Below are positions 50,270-64,000 of a stretch of 64,000 nt of DNA, in pieces. A program made the position numbers and the translations under genes. Under the pieces are notes generated by a model. The model had not been told where the DNA came from. It ran no database searches and saw nothing but the letters and a program-made list of their open reading frames with translations. Origin of the DNA: Rhizophagus irregularis (taxonomy: Eukaryota); NCBI RefSeq assembly GCF_026210795.1, contig NC_089429.1, positions 3,658,001 to 3,722,000 on the forward strand, in the 5' to 3' direction. Every line of letters starts with the position of its first letter. The stretch's first letter is position 1.

Positions 50270-50992
50270 TGCATATCTAATTCATACAATTTATAGCTAG
50301 AATGTAGATCAATTTAACTACAAAAGTACGTAACGATCTGGCCAAAATTAAAGAATTTTTTATAGTGTCATTTATTCTAATTTAGAAATTGTGAGCAAAT
50401 TTGTCCGCAAAACGGTTTAAAAGATAATTTTATATAATACACTGCAGCTTTATAAATTATATCCATTTTTAAGACAATTGTAACATGTATATTTATTACT
50501 AGAATAATTAATAGATCTATTGTTCATAAAACTATTCAATATATTTTTTCAGAAAATTTTAACCTTTAACAGGCTTTTCTTTTGCATTAATTTGCAATAG
50601 GTTATAAATTATCATATTTTTAATTTTGTTTATTAATAGGATTAGTGTTAAATAATTCTATTTATTGAATAATATAGCTGCAATATGTATTAAGTTGCTT
50701 GAATTCAGATATTATAAATACTAATTTTCATCCTAATGCTATACATTCAATTTTTCATATTTTTATAATTTAACATTTCTTAAAAATGTTCAATTTCAAA
50801 ATTATTGCTTAATTAATTTTTCTTATTAATATGAATTTCATATATAAAAATTAATTGAACTTTCACTTTTAATATTAATAATAATAAAATTAGCAGAATT
50901 ATCTAAAATATTAATTTTTTGTAAATCAATATCTTTTTTATATTTTTTATATTACTAGTTTTAAATTAAATGTAAATTTTTATATTTGTAAT

Positions 50993-51876
50993 TAGAGGTG
51001 TGATCCAGATAAAATTTTACAATCTGTGATTTGCCTAGATCAGTCTGGATTATCATAGGATTAAATCCAGATAAACCAAATTAACTTTAAATTTTTAGAT
51101 ATCTCAATATCCAATATTAAATTATACAGAGATGTATAATAGTTCATTCGAATTGTTGCAATGAGACGATTTAAATGAGCTATTATACAACTCTGTATGA
51201 CTACTGAATGCTGAAATATTTGGCAAAAACGTCAAAAATCAGTATTGTTCATTTTACAATACTGCAAAATTTTACGTTTTAGCAAATATCTTAGCATCCA
51301 ATGATTATATAGAGATGCACAATAGCTCATTCAAATTATCTTAATACAGCGCTTTGAATAAGCTAATGTGCAACTCTGTATGATCATTAGATGCCGATAT
51401 ATTTGGTAAAATGTAAAATGGCGCATTATCTTAAAATGAAAATTTTGATTTTTAATATTTTACAAAATATAGTAGTCATATTACTCATGTAGAGTTGTAC
51501 AATAGCTCATTCAAATCATTGCATTGAGACAATTCAAAGGAGCTATTATGCACCTCTATATGATCACTGGATGCTGAGATATTTGGTAAAACATAAAATA
51601 GCATAGTATTATAATTTGTGAATATATAAAGTGCTGATTTTTGGTGTTTTGCCAAATATCTCAGCAACTAGTAATTGTAAAGAGGTGTACAATAGCTCAT
51701 TTGAATCATCTCATTGCAATGATTTGAATGAACTATTATACATCTTTGTATGATCACTGAATACTTAAACAAATTAAAACAGATAATCCTAAATCCATCC
51801 AGATTAATCCATTATCCATTTAATCTGGATGGATTGATGGATGATCCAAATTTTCAGATTTTGAATCACATCTTTA
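50993..51876. mobile_element. hAT-type element with four internal ~180-bp palindromic modules
   Basis: TIR TAGAGGTGTGAT/ATCACATCTTTA; 8-bp TSD TTTGTAAT. Confidence 0.82.
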
Positions 51877-52268
51877 TTTGTAATATCATTTGAAAAATGA
51901 TAACAAATCAAATCTTTACTAGTTAAAGTAAACATATATAAATATAAGAATAATTTTAAAATAATGCCATATAATTACTAATATTATATTAATTGCTATG
52001 TATTTAACTTTCTAAATTTCTATAATATTAGTAAGATTTATACTACTAATTAGAGATTTAAGTGCAATTTGATATTTATCTGTATAATATTTAAGACAAG
52101 TATAAGTATTAGAATTATTAATCTTTAATTAAAAAAAAAAAATTTAATATTAATACTATTAAGTTAAGAAATGTGGCACAATAATTTTATGTAAATTCCT
52201 TGATTTTTTCAATTTTCTTAATTTTCTTGATTTATTTAATAAATCTGATAAATTTGATATATTTAATT

Positions 52269-52433
52269 GAAATAATGTATTTACCGCACCCTGCGTTACA
52301 AATTTATATATATTTTTATGTTTATCATTTGCCATTTTAGGGGGGTGCGGCGTATAAACTAAAGATTGACATAAATAATTTACAAAAAAGGAAGGATGCT
52401 TTGTAACGCAGGGTGCGGTAAATAAATTCACTC
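52269..52433. mobile_element. Mutator-type MITE
   Basis: TIR core TATTTACCGCACCCTGCGTTACAAA; 9-bp TSD TATTTAATT. Confidence 0.82.
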
Positions 52434-53032
52434 TATTTAATTTATTTAATTTATTAATTTTATTTGTTATAATTATTTTATTTTACTTATTTGTTATATT
52501 TATTTTATTTATTTTATCAAATATTTTATTTTTTTTATTTTATTATAAATAGTGTTTATCACTTTTCCATCATTTTTTTTTATTCACTTTTATTAAATGG
52601 TACAAAAAAGTTTATAAACATATATAGCAGTTATTTTTAAGTGATAAGTAAAAGAAAAAACTTAATATTTTATATATATAGAAAAGACATATTTTTTCAT
52701 AATTTTTAGCTTTAATTTATTGTTTTTTCTTTGTAAAAAATACATGCAACTAAAAAATAATTATGATGTAAAATAATTGTAAAATAAATAATAAGATATT
52801 CTTTTTTATAAAATAACTAATTATATATTTGTTTTTTATCTTTTAAAATTATTTTATTAGATTTATTCTACTAAAATCCTTAAATGGCAAATAAAATCTT
52901 TTAAATAAAGTAAAAGAATTTGTGATTCTCTTATGAAAGCATTTTTTGGTAAAAAATAAAATTTTCAGATCAGACTTTATACAGGTAACAAAATCGTGCA
53001 TTATTATCCCTGGAAATATGCTAACATCATCG

Positions 53033-54367
53033 TAAAGCTCTGAACGGTTCAGGCTAAACTGGGGAACCGATCCGAAACTGGCTCAAAATTCAGTTCGGTT
53101 CGGTTCGGTTCGGGTATTAGAACTGAAAAACCGGCGGTTCGGTTCAGTTTAATCCGATTTTTTATAAAAATGCGAAAAATCGAATAGCTGGCCATCTAGT
53201 GATCGTACAAAGTCGAACCATATATCATTGAATTCGTTTCGATAAGACGCGTCGAATGGAGGTAAGATCATGTCTCTAGCATCGATAGATCACACGTTAA
53301 CCCACGCTAAATGATTTATAAATAATTGGAATTAGCAAGTTATCTATCGGTGCTAGAGACATGATCTTAGCACCATTCAACGCGTCTCAGTGAGACGAAT
53401 CCAATAAATATGAATTCGTTCGTATACGACCACTGGATGGCGAATAATACCAAGTTTCGCATTTTTTTAAAATTTTTGAGCATTAAAAATTAAAAATTCT
53501 GATACATGAATTTATTCGTCATCCAATGGCCGTACAAATATGAATTAGGACTCATTGGATTCGTCTCGATGAGACGAGTCGAATGGTGGTGAGATATATT
53601 GGTCTCTCTGTTGATTTCTATTGTTATATCCATTGCTTCTTCTATTTCCGTTTCTGTTGTTGTTGTTTCCATTGTCTTCTTCGTTATGGTAGTTGTAGTA
53701 GTTGTTATTGTTGTTGTGGTGTTTATCATGTCTCTAGCATTTATAAATAGCTTGCTAATGCCAATTTTTTATAAATCATTTAGCGTGAATTAACTTATGA
53801 TCTATTGATGCTATAGACATGATCTCACCACCATTCGACTCGTCTCATTGAGACGAATCCAATGAGTCTTATTTCATATTTGTACGACCATTGGACGACG
53901 AATAAATTCATGTATCGGAATTTTTAATTTTTAACGCTCAAAAATTTTTAAAAAATGCAAAACTTGATATTATTCGCCATCCAGTGGTTGTATATGAACA
54001 AATTCATATTCATTGGATTCGTCTCACTGAGACGCGTCGAATGGTGCTAAGATCATGTCTCTAGCACCGATAGATAGCTTGCTAATTCCAATTATTTATA
54101 AATCATTTAGCGTGGGTTAACGTGTGATCTATCGATGCTAGAGACATTATCTTACCGCCATTCGACGCGTCTCGTCGAGACGAATCCAATGATATATGGC
54201 TCGACTTTGTACGATCACTAGATGACTGGCTATTCGATTTTTCGCATTTTTATAAAAATCGGATTAAACTGAACCGAACCGCCGGTTTTTCAGTTCAGTT
54301 CTTACGGATTTCGGCTCTAATCCGAACTGTCTATAATCCGGACCAAACCGACCCATTCAGAGCTTTA
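53033..54367. mobile_element. 1.3-kb hAT-type foldback element with ~480-bp internal inverted arms
   Basis: TIR TAAAGCTCTGAA/TTCAGAGCTTTA; perfect 8-bp TSD CATCATCG; ~53120-53600 is the reverse complement of ~53820-54300. Confidence 0.92.
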
Positions 54368-57300
54368 CATCATCGTTTTACATTCATTTAAAAGCTAAGA
54401 ATTTGCTCTATTGTAGAAATTAAAGATTTCTAGGAAAATTGGATCACTGAATAAGACATAATTAACGATCAAAGTCAAATCAAATTTAAAAATTAAAAAT
54501 AAATATATTGAATGTAATTATTCACAATCCAGTAATTCAATTCATTCGATTTTAAGCTTATTAGATAGACCTCAATTTTCTCTTTCAAATGAATATAATT
54601 TCATTCATGTAGCTTACATCTACAGGTATTTAATAATTATCAAACTTATAAAATTTTATATTAATAATATAATTAATGATTTCTGATCATCTACATATAA
54701 TAAACGAATTATTTTAAATTTATTTTAAAGAGAAAAGTTGGCATTACCTTAGGGAGCAAAGATCATTCAAATTGAATCATTACATGTGAAGTAATTAATG
54801 ATCAAATTTAGATATAATTCAATAAATATACTAAACGTAATTACTGAACAACTAGTGATTCAATTCACTTGATTTTAGATTTATTAGATAGATCTTGATT
54901 TTCTCTTTCAAATAAATATAAATTTATTTATATAGCTTATTTCTACAAAGAATTATCAATGATTTTGTCATAAGAGTTATATTTGATCTTTTAAATTTTA
55001 ATATCTTATTATATTAAAAAAAAAATTAAAAATTATATAATTAATTAGTTTTTTTTGCATTATTTAGTATAAATTTATTATTTTTATATAAATAATAATT
55101 TATATTTGCTTTAATAAAATTATTTTTGTGTAAAAAAATTAGATACCAAGAATTTGCCCATATAAAAAAGTTAAATTACTTTAAAATTAGTTATAAAAGT
55201 CCAAAAAATGTTTAAAAAAATTTGTCAAAATTTGTCAAAATTAAACATTATATAACTAATGATTGAGTAAAAAAGATTATATTACGTACTTATATAATTA
55301 TTTTAAGTTATATAACTATATTCTATATAATTATATAATATGTATTTATATATAGTTATAATTACAAATAAGTTATAATTATACTATACAGTACTGCCTA
55401 AAAGGTATACCAGAAATTAGCTGATATTTCTCAATTAGTAACCTTAATCCCTTATCTAATTAACCTAATATTACCAAAAAAAAAGTACTTATTGGTTAAT
55501 ATTTATATGTGAAATTATGTACTGTCATATGAATAATATAATGACAAATAAGATATAAAAAATAAGATTTTATCTACTCAAAAAAAATTAAGTCTCTCAA
55601 ATAAATATAAACAATAAATACTGAAAGGTGTAATAAATGTGAAGAATTTTATTACATAATTATGTAACCAGTACTTTTTTGTAATAATACTAAGGATAAT
55701 CTCCTACCTTTATTAATTAAATATTATATATAATAATTATATTAAGATAAGATCGCATCTATAATAAAAATTAAAAAAAAAATATTATATATAATAATTG
55801 GCTTCTAGTGATTTAATTTGAACAAACTTTTTTTTATTTTGTGAAGTTAAATATATAGAGCTAAATGAGAATTATAAATTAAAAAAAATTTATTAAAATT
55901 GAATCATTAGAAGTCAAGATAATTGTATTATAATATTATTTTATTTTTAAATATATAAATATCATATAATATATATAGACTTGATTTGAAACTTAACTCT
56001 CTCCACCTTTTTTTAAATTAACTGATCTCTAACATGCTTTTAAAATATTCCAAACTTATATTAATTTTAGTAATTTAAAAATTAAATTATACTTGAATAT
56101 ATACATTTATTTTATCAGTACAAAATAAAATTAATTAATTTATAATATTAGTTAAATATTCTAATTTTTAGAAAATAAAATAGATTTATATATCACATTT
56201 TGATATATTGAAACAAGTATTTTATATGAAAATATGCCAAAAAAGAGGTTTCTTAATTGTACTATACAATAATAAATAAGTAATTACTGCCATAATAACT
56301 ATATTAACCTTTTATTTGCAGATTTAATTTACTATTTAATCATTTTATAATAAAAATAAACTTATATAATTATAAATAAAGCAAAATTAGATTATAATAT
56401 ATTAGCTTTAATTTTCCTATTATTCCTACAACACTTCAAAATTCCTTTACTTTAAATTGAGATTAAAAACTGATATTTATAAACAAATATATCTATCCAA
56501 ATTAGAAATTAACTTTTTTAAATAAAATTAAAATATAATTTTAAAATATTTTTTTAGTTTTATTAAAATTATTTTATATCTTTATTATTACTGTATTTAT
56601 TAAACATACTATTTTTAAAAATGAAATAAATCAGGCTTAAATAATCAATAGTAATAATAATTGTAATTTTCATAAAATATAAAAATTATTTATAAATATT
56701 AATTTTATGCTTATATTTAGAAAATGAAATATTTAAAAAAATTTTTTCAAATAACTTAAGATTATTAAATCCATTATTATATACAATCAAATTTTACTTT
56801 ATCAAATAATAAGAAAAGTGATTTTCTAATAATATCATCTACTAATATAATTGATTATGACAATAAATTTTTTGCTTTTAATGATATTTTCAAATTTGTT
56901 TCAGCTAATATGCAGAATTAAAAGTTATTTTTGGCAAAAAATTAGTTAAGGACATTTTACTAAAAATGTATCTTATAATATTAAAATTATAAAAAATAAA
57001 AAAATACTATTAATTGCAGTGAAGAAAACTATTTTAAAATATAGTATGTCAAAAGTAATTTATCTTTTAGTATACATAAGAATATAGTTTTCTGCTAGTA
57101 AATATTAATATATATATAATAATAAATATTAAAAAATTCTTAAAGTTCTCAAATTGGCCAAAAATATTAATAATTTTATTGTAAAAATGAAAAAGATAGG
57201 TATATAAATGTCTATTAATATAAAATAAATTAGTAATATATATGTATTTTTTATTGTTTAGATGGTAGAAATTAGAAAAAGTGATATTAGTGAAATGTAC

Positions 57301-58709
57301 AAATATTATTTTGATTAACATACAAATATGTTGAACTATACTTATCTTTATAAAATAAGTAAAATTTATAATATATTGTAAATAGTTGTATTATTTAACT
57401 TTTTATTTATTATATAACCTTTTTAAAATTAAAAATAAAAACAATTTGTTAGATTATAATAGTAAAATATTATATCAAAATTAATGTTATTATAAAAAGT
57501 AAATAAATAATAAAATTATTATAAGAAAAATAGGAAATGTGATATCTAATTTATAAGTTCTTTATTAAAAATGGCCAATTTTTTGAAATGATTTTGTAAT
57601 AATTTTAAAATACTACTAAAATACATTTAATATATTAAAATGTTTTTATTATATTTTAGTTATTATTTTGTAATTGTATTGTATCTAGGTCTATAAAAAT
57701 ATCTCAAAATAATATCACAATAATTTTTTAATGCTTTTATTATTATTTTATTATTATAATATAATTAATTTTGATATTATTTTAATATTTTAATTTCAAA
57801 AATACCTTAAATATATTTTGATATATTTTAAAAATTTTACAAAATAATTGCACAATTGTTTTGAAAGCTATTATATCTAGGTCTATAAAAATATTTCAAA
57901 AAATTGGCAATTTTTAGTAAAGTCCTATAGAAATAAATCTTGAAAATAAAAGTTTACTGCTATAGTAAATTCAACTAAAGTAATCAGAGATTATTATTGT
58001 TCAGTTAAAATCAATTAATCAATTTTAAATGATTTATTAAATAAAAATTTAATAGATGAATAAGTAAATATAGTTAAAGTTCTACTTTTATAAATTGCTG
58101 GAGTTTTTGGATAACTATTAATAGAAGTAAATTTTATGTAATTTTTTTTAAGTTAGCATTCAAGCTACCAAACAAATTAGCTCATATTAGAAAATTAAAA
58201 ACAACTATAAAAGTTTTTAATTATAATAGTAAGCAATTATTTATTTTAATGAAATGCAAAAAGCATTAGCAAAAGAAACTGTATAATGTTAATAATCTAT
58301 TTATTTATTTTATCAAATGTTCAAATAATCTCCTTTTTACAGTTGACAACCTATATATAAATATTTATTTATTCTACAATAAAATAGATAAATTCTTATC
58401 ATATATAATTACATGTAAAGAGATAGAATGTAACTTTAATTTAGTCAAATATGAAATTACAAAAAAAATTGTGAAGCACACCAAAAAATATTTGAAGAAA
58501 TCTACTACTTTTTTTATAATTTGAAAAAAAGCTATTTTTAAAATAAAGACTATATTACTAGAATTGAAGATATATAATTATATAAAATTTATAAGAAATT
58601 TTATTTTAAATATAATTTTATTTCACATACAATGATTTATTTTACATAAAATCTCTAAAATTATTGTTAGAAAAATAGTTAGAATATTCTACAATATATT
58701 TTATAAATA

Positions 58710-58881
58710 CAGTCAACCCTTATTATAATGAACCCTAGGTTCTAGACTTCAACTTTGCTATAGGGCTATAGTAAAGATTTTAAGAAATTTGATTGATTAA
58801 TTCATTATAGCAAGAGGAAATTTATTATAGTTGTCTGAAAAATTCACTATATCAAGAGTTTGCTATATCAAGATTTGACTA
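58710..58881. mobile_element. Degenerate Tc1/pogo-type MITE
   Basis: TA-CAGTCAACCCTTATTATAA ... TATATCAAGATTTGACTA-TA. Confidence 0.6.
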
Positions 58882-59064
58882 TACATTTGAAAGCCATATT
58901 ATGAATAAATGATACAAGTTAAAAAAAATGCTGGTATATCAAATTCTCTTCAAATTTTCTATCTACTATAGTTATAGTAGGGTTAAATAATAGTTTATAA
59001 TTCACATATTTACCAAATATCACAGGTTGAAAAATGAAAAATCAGGCATTAATCATTCACCAAT

Positions 59065-59314
59065 CCCTATAAAAAAGGAATGTTCAGAAAACATACATAA
59101 AATAAACATAAAATGTATATTATACATAAAATGTCTATGAATGTCCATAGAATACATAGGATATATGCAAAGGAGACTCATATACTTTTTTGTACATTTT
59201 ATATACAATGAGCCCATTTTGTATATTTTTTATATATTTTATGGACATTTTATAGACATTTTATGTATATTGTATATTTTACGTATATATTTTAAACATT
59301 CCTTTTTTATAGGG
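59065..59314. mobile_element. CCCTA-ended MITE with 3-bp TSD, related termini to 13770-14064
   Basis: TIR CCCTATAAAAAAGGAATGTT; TSD AAT. Confidence 0.87.
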
Positions 59315-59502
59315 AATCAGTCACCAATCAGATAGCTAATTGGTAACTGATTAGTAACTGATTAGTATTTTTGCTAAATACCATTACCAATCAAGCAGTT
59401 TGCTAACTTTTGATTTGGTGATCAGAAAAAAAATAAAATATAATTATTGAAATCGTCTCAATAAGACGAATCTAATGGTAGTAAAATTGCATTTTTTAGG
59501 AT

Positions 59503-59791
59503 TAGTATTTGGAATCGAATATATTCAAATATACTTGAGTATTCATTTAAATTTATAAAGTGTATTCAAATAATATTCGAATAAGTTAAATTTCCTTTTA
59601 TAGTAATGATTTACATAATTTTTAGCTTAAATTATGATTTTAACTCAGTTAAATTTAAGGATTTAATGTCCAATTAGAATTTTAACTATACTATATCTGG
59701 CTAAATGAATACTCAAATAACCACTATGCTTATTCGAATACTCAAATATACTCGAGTGATTCAAATAACTGTTACATGATTCCAAATACTA
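59503..59791. mobile_element. hAT-type MITE
   Basis: TIR TAGTATTTGGAATC; TSD TTTAGGAT/TTTAGAAT. Confidence 0.82.
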
Positions 59792-60146
59792 TTTAGAATT
59801 AATACTTGATGAGAAATTAAATAAAATATAAAAATAAAAATATGTTATTTATATTTTATTTAATTTCTTATTAACTATTAATCCTAGAAATACAATTTTA
59901 TTACCATTAAATTTGTATTATTGAGATGATTCTAATGAACTATATTTCATTTTTTTCTGATTACTGGATCAAAAGTTAGCAAACTGTCTGATTGATAACA
60001 GTATTTAGCAAAAATGCCAATCAATTACCAATCAGTTACCAATCAGCTATCTAATTGGTAACCAATTGGTAACTGATTGATGCCTAATTTTTCACTTTTT
60101 AACCTGTGCATTATGATCTCCTAGTTAACTACATGATTAAATATAA

Positions 60147-60529
60147 GGCCACTCCAATTTAATAGTTTGTTTAACGTACCCCACCCCTCTCGTTTTTGAA
60201 AAATTTTTAAAAATAAACAAACATATGTTATATCACGTGACTTATAATAATATCACCAATCTGTATAATATTTAAAAGAATTTCTTTCCAGTGCATTTGA
60301 ATCTACCAAAGAAAATATTCCCAGTGGTATAATTAATAAAAGTAATATATGTAAACTTATTAATTACATTATCTGTAATAAACCAAAATGTATTTTTAGT
60401 AAAAATGCATTGAGTGATAAAGAAAAAACTATGTTCATTTTTAAATGTTTACTTAATTTGACCCTTTCCCCCCCCCTCAATTTTTATATAAAGTTAGGAC
60501 GTTAAACAAACTATTAAATTGGAGTGGCC
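60147..60529. mobile_element. PIF/Harbinger-type MITE
   Basis: Perfect ~32-bp TIR GGCCACTCCAATTTAATAGTTTGTTTAACGT; TSD TAA. Confidence 0.92.
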
Positions 60530-61019
60530 TAAGAAATATCATACATACTGATCTAGTTACTAACAGATAGATTTAAATAATTATGAAAATTAAAAAAATC
60601 TTTTATTTAATTGTAGTGCAATGAGTCTTATAATATACCAAACATAGATATTAGAATAATATGCTAAAATGGTACATTTTATATGATATTATTTATCTGA
60701 TTAGTTATCAACTTACCATGATCATCTAACAGTATATATATATAATTTTATAGCAAAATAATAAATAAGAATTCACATATATAACAAAGTAATTTTATTA
60801 TCAGATATTAATATATAAACTATCATTTTAATAAATAATATAACTGCTAAATACAAACATGAATATAATAAAATAAAAAGTCATAAGTAGTGTAAGAATT
60901 AGGAATAAAATAGTAATACCAATCCACTCCTATCATATGAGTATAAATTAGAAATATGATGTCATTTATTACATTATAGTTCTTGATTGGAAAATAATTT
61001 TATATGTAAGATACATAGA

Positions 61020-64000
61020 AGTCAATTTATTTTTATTTCAATTTTAAATGGAGATAATTAGTGAAAAAGTATCTAAAGATTTTAAAAAGGTAATTATATT
61101 AAATACTTTTTTTTAAAAAATACCAAATTTGCAAAAATAATTATATGTTCAAATGTAAAATAATTTATTATTTAATTAAAATTTCATTTTCAAAAAAGGT
61201 TAACTTATAAAAAATAGTCAAAAATCCATTTTTTTTATAATTCCTTAATTTCTACTGTGTAATTTTTGATCAGAATTAGTATTTTTAATAAAATTTTTAA
61301 TTAATCACAAATTTGTCATTTTTTATAATATTAAATATACTATTATCTAATCAAAATTTTATTTTCAGAATAGGTTTCTTATTATAAAATAGATTAAAAT
61401 ATATCAAAAAAATTAAATATATAAAAATTTTAATTTACTGAGAAATTTAATAAAAAAATCACCAGTTTTTTTAATATTATAAGATATGCAAAAGTTAATT
61501 TATTTAATAAAATTTGAATTTCAAATAGGATTAATTAATAAAAAAGTTTTATAATATAATATTTAATGCTTGATTAGACTGGTCAGGAGCTGAAAGTATC
61601 ATTTATAGAATAGTTGTAATTATTATATAGTTCAAATATATTCTAATAAAATAGTACATGATTCAACATTAAAAAAAAAAAAATCAATGAAAAAATACCT
61701 AAAAATTTGATTTTCGATAAAAAGTATTAAAGATACTAATTAGATATTTTTTAAGGTTTTTTTAAAATGCTTAATTTGCAAAAAATAATTATATAGTAAT
61801 TATATATTTGAATGTAAAATAATCTATTATTTAATTAAAATTTCAAATTAATTATTTTTTTTATAATACTTTAATTTTTACTGTACAATTTTTGATTAAA
61901 ATTATGACCAAACTTTTTATATTTTTAATGAAATTTTAATCATAAATTTGCAAAAAATAATCACTTTTTATAATATTAAATAAATTATTATCTAATAAAA
62001 ATTTTTTTTCAAAATAGATTTTCTATTATAAAATAAATTAAAAATATATTTTAATTTTAAAAAAAAATTAAAAAAAAAGGTAAAATTTTTTGGTTAATTG
62101 GAATTAATTAGTGAAAATTTAATTTTAATTTTAGTAAAAAAGTACTTGAGATTTTTTAAAATGCTGAATTGCAAAATAATTATATACTTAAATGTAAAAT
62201 AATTTATTATTTAATTAAAATTTCATTTCAAAGCAAATTAACTAATAGAAATAGGTCAAAAATTCATTTTTTTCATAATTTTTTAATTTTTACTGTGCAA
62301 TTTTTGGCATTTTTTATAATATTAAATATACTATTATCCAATTAAAATTTTATTTTCAGAACTATAAAATAGATTAAAAATGTATAAAAAAATCAAATAA
62401 AGATAAAAGCCTAAAAGATTCTAATTTAAAGAAATTTTATAATTAATTTTAAAAGATTTAATGAAAAAATTACCAGTTTTTTTACTATTATAAAATGTAC
62501 AAAAGTTAATTTACTTAATAGAATTTCAATTTTAAATAAAATTAATTAGTAAAAAAGTGCTTAAAAACTTGATTTTAATTTTAATAAAAAGTACTAAAGG
62601 GGTAATCAGATATTTTTTAAGGTTTTTTAAATTGCTTAATTTATAAAAAATAATTATATATTTATATGTAAAATAATCTATTATTTAATCAAAATTTTAT
62701 TCTCAAGGTAAGTTAATTAATAGAAAATAGGTTTAAAATCCATTTCTTTCATAATTTCATAATTTCTACTGTGCAATTTTTGGCCAGAATTATGACCAAA
62801 TTTTTTATATTTTTAATGAAATTTCAATCACAAATTTGCAAAAAATAATCATCTTATAATATTAAATATACTATTATCTAATCAAAATTTTATTTTTAGA
62901 ATAAGTTTTCTATCATGAAATAGATTTAATTTTTCAAAAAAATTAATAAAAATAAAACTGCAAATTTTAATTTAAAGTAATTTTATAATCAATTCTAAAA
63001 GATCCAATAAAAAAAATCATTTATTTTTACCATTATAAGATGTACAAAAGTCAATTTACTTAATAAAATTTCAATTTTAGATGGATTAATTAGTGAAAAA
63101 ATGCTTAAAAACTTGATTTTAATTTTGGTAAAAAGTATTAAGAAATTAATCAGATATTTTTTAAAATTTTTTAAAATGTTTAATTTGTAAAAAAAAAATT
63201 ATATATTTAAGTATAAAATGATCTATTATCTGATCAAAATTTTATTTTCAAAGCAAGTTAATTAATAGAAAATAGATTTAAATCCATTTCTTTTATAATT
63301 TCTTAATTTCTACTGTGCAATTTTTGGCCAGAATTATGACCAAATTTTTTGTATTTTAATGAAATTTTCAATTACAAATTTGCAAAAAATAATCACTTTT
63401 TATAATATTAAATATATTATTATCTAATCAAAATTTTATTTTCAGAACAGTTTTTCTATTATAAAATAGATTAAAAATGTATTTTAATTTTTCAAAAAAA
63501 TTAATAAAGATAAAACTGAAAGTCTTAATTTAAAGTAATTTTATAATCAATTTTAGAAAATCCAATGAAAAAAAACACTTATTTTTACTATTATAAGATG
63601 TACAAAAGTCAATTTACTTAATAAAATTTCAATTTCAGATTGGATTAATTATAGAAAAAATGCTTAAAAATTTGATTTTGATTTTGGTAAAAAGTACTAA
63701 GGGGGTAATCAGGTATTTTTTGAAATTTTTTAAAATGTTTAATTTGTAAAAAATAATTATATATTTATATGTAAAATGATCTATTATCTAATTAAAATTT
63801 TATTTTCAAAATAAGTTAATTAATAAAAAATAGGTTAAAAATTCATTTTTTTCATAATTTCATAATTTCTACTGTGCAATTTTTGGCCAGAATTATGACC
63901 AAATTTTTTGTATTTTTAATGAAATTTTCAATTACAAATTTGCAAAAAATAATCACTTTTTATAATATTAAATATATTATTATCTAATCAAAATTTTATT
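61020..64000. repeat. AT-rich satellite, ~540-560-bp unit, running off the window end
   Basis: CTACTGTGCAATTTTTGGCCAGAATTATGACC at ~62767, ~63310 and ~63869; degenerate shorter copies at ~61252, ~61879 and ~62291. Confidence 0.88.

Larger units (their letters stand above)
48953..50423. mobile_element. TIR element with CCCTTAAAC-type ends hosting two nested MITEs
   Basis: CCCTTAAACTG ... CGGTTTAAAAG flanked by AT; GCAGGCAAATTTG subterminal motif shared with 17281-17809. Confidence 0.55.
59021..60108. mobile_element. CACTA-like non-autonomous element (CACAG ends) with two nested MITEs
   Basis: TIR CACAGGTT.AAAA.TGAAAAAT.AGGCAT; probable 3-bp TSD TAT/CAT; long internal inverted arms. Confidence 0.75.

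Noticed and set aside
53490..53793. Poly-Thr and poly-Val ORFs
   Set aside because: Translation of a GTT/AAC low-complexity tract inside a MITE
55389..57930. Possible further degenerate TIR elements
   Set aside because: Termini and TSDs too decayed to delimit
1..64000. tRNA, rRNA or organellar/bacterial genes
   Set aside because: No recognisable cloverleaf, rRNA motif or operon structure seen by eye; tRNAscan-SE/Infernal not run

Overview
Very AT-rich, intron-containing eukaryotic nuclear DNA. Gene content (MLKL-like four-helix-bundle + TKL-type kinase, FAR1/MULE transposase, RT-RNase H LINE relic) suggests an arbuscular mycorrhizal fungus (Glomeromycotina, Rhizophagus-like); this is an inference. 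Most of the window is nested transposon debris: hAT, Mutator, PIF/Harbinger, Tc1/pogo and CACTA/CMC-like elements (most delimited by TIR+TSD), a Helitron, a solo LTR and LINE relics. A gene island at 37.4-47.1 kb holds three genes: a kinase with a tandemly duplicated MLKL-like N-terminal domain and one non-canonical splice acceptor, an intronless multipass membrane protein, and a small WW + Gln-rich repeat protein. Two signals stand out. (1) Non-autonomous DNA transposons of two unrelated terminus types carry long, apparently non-coding arrays of micro-exon/intron units whose 5' splice sites and branch points lie in stem-loops. (2) A recombinase-site-like palindrome (CATTGGATTCGTC-spacer-GACGAATCCAATG) is shared by elements of several superfamilies. 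All calls were made by eye; no database searches were run.
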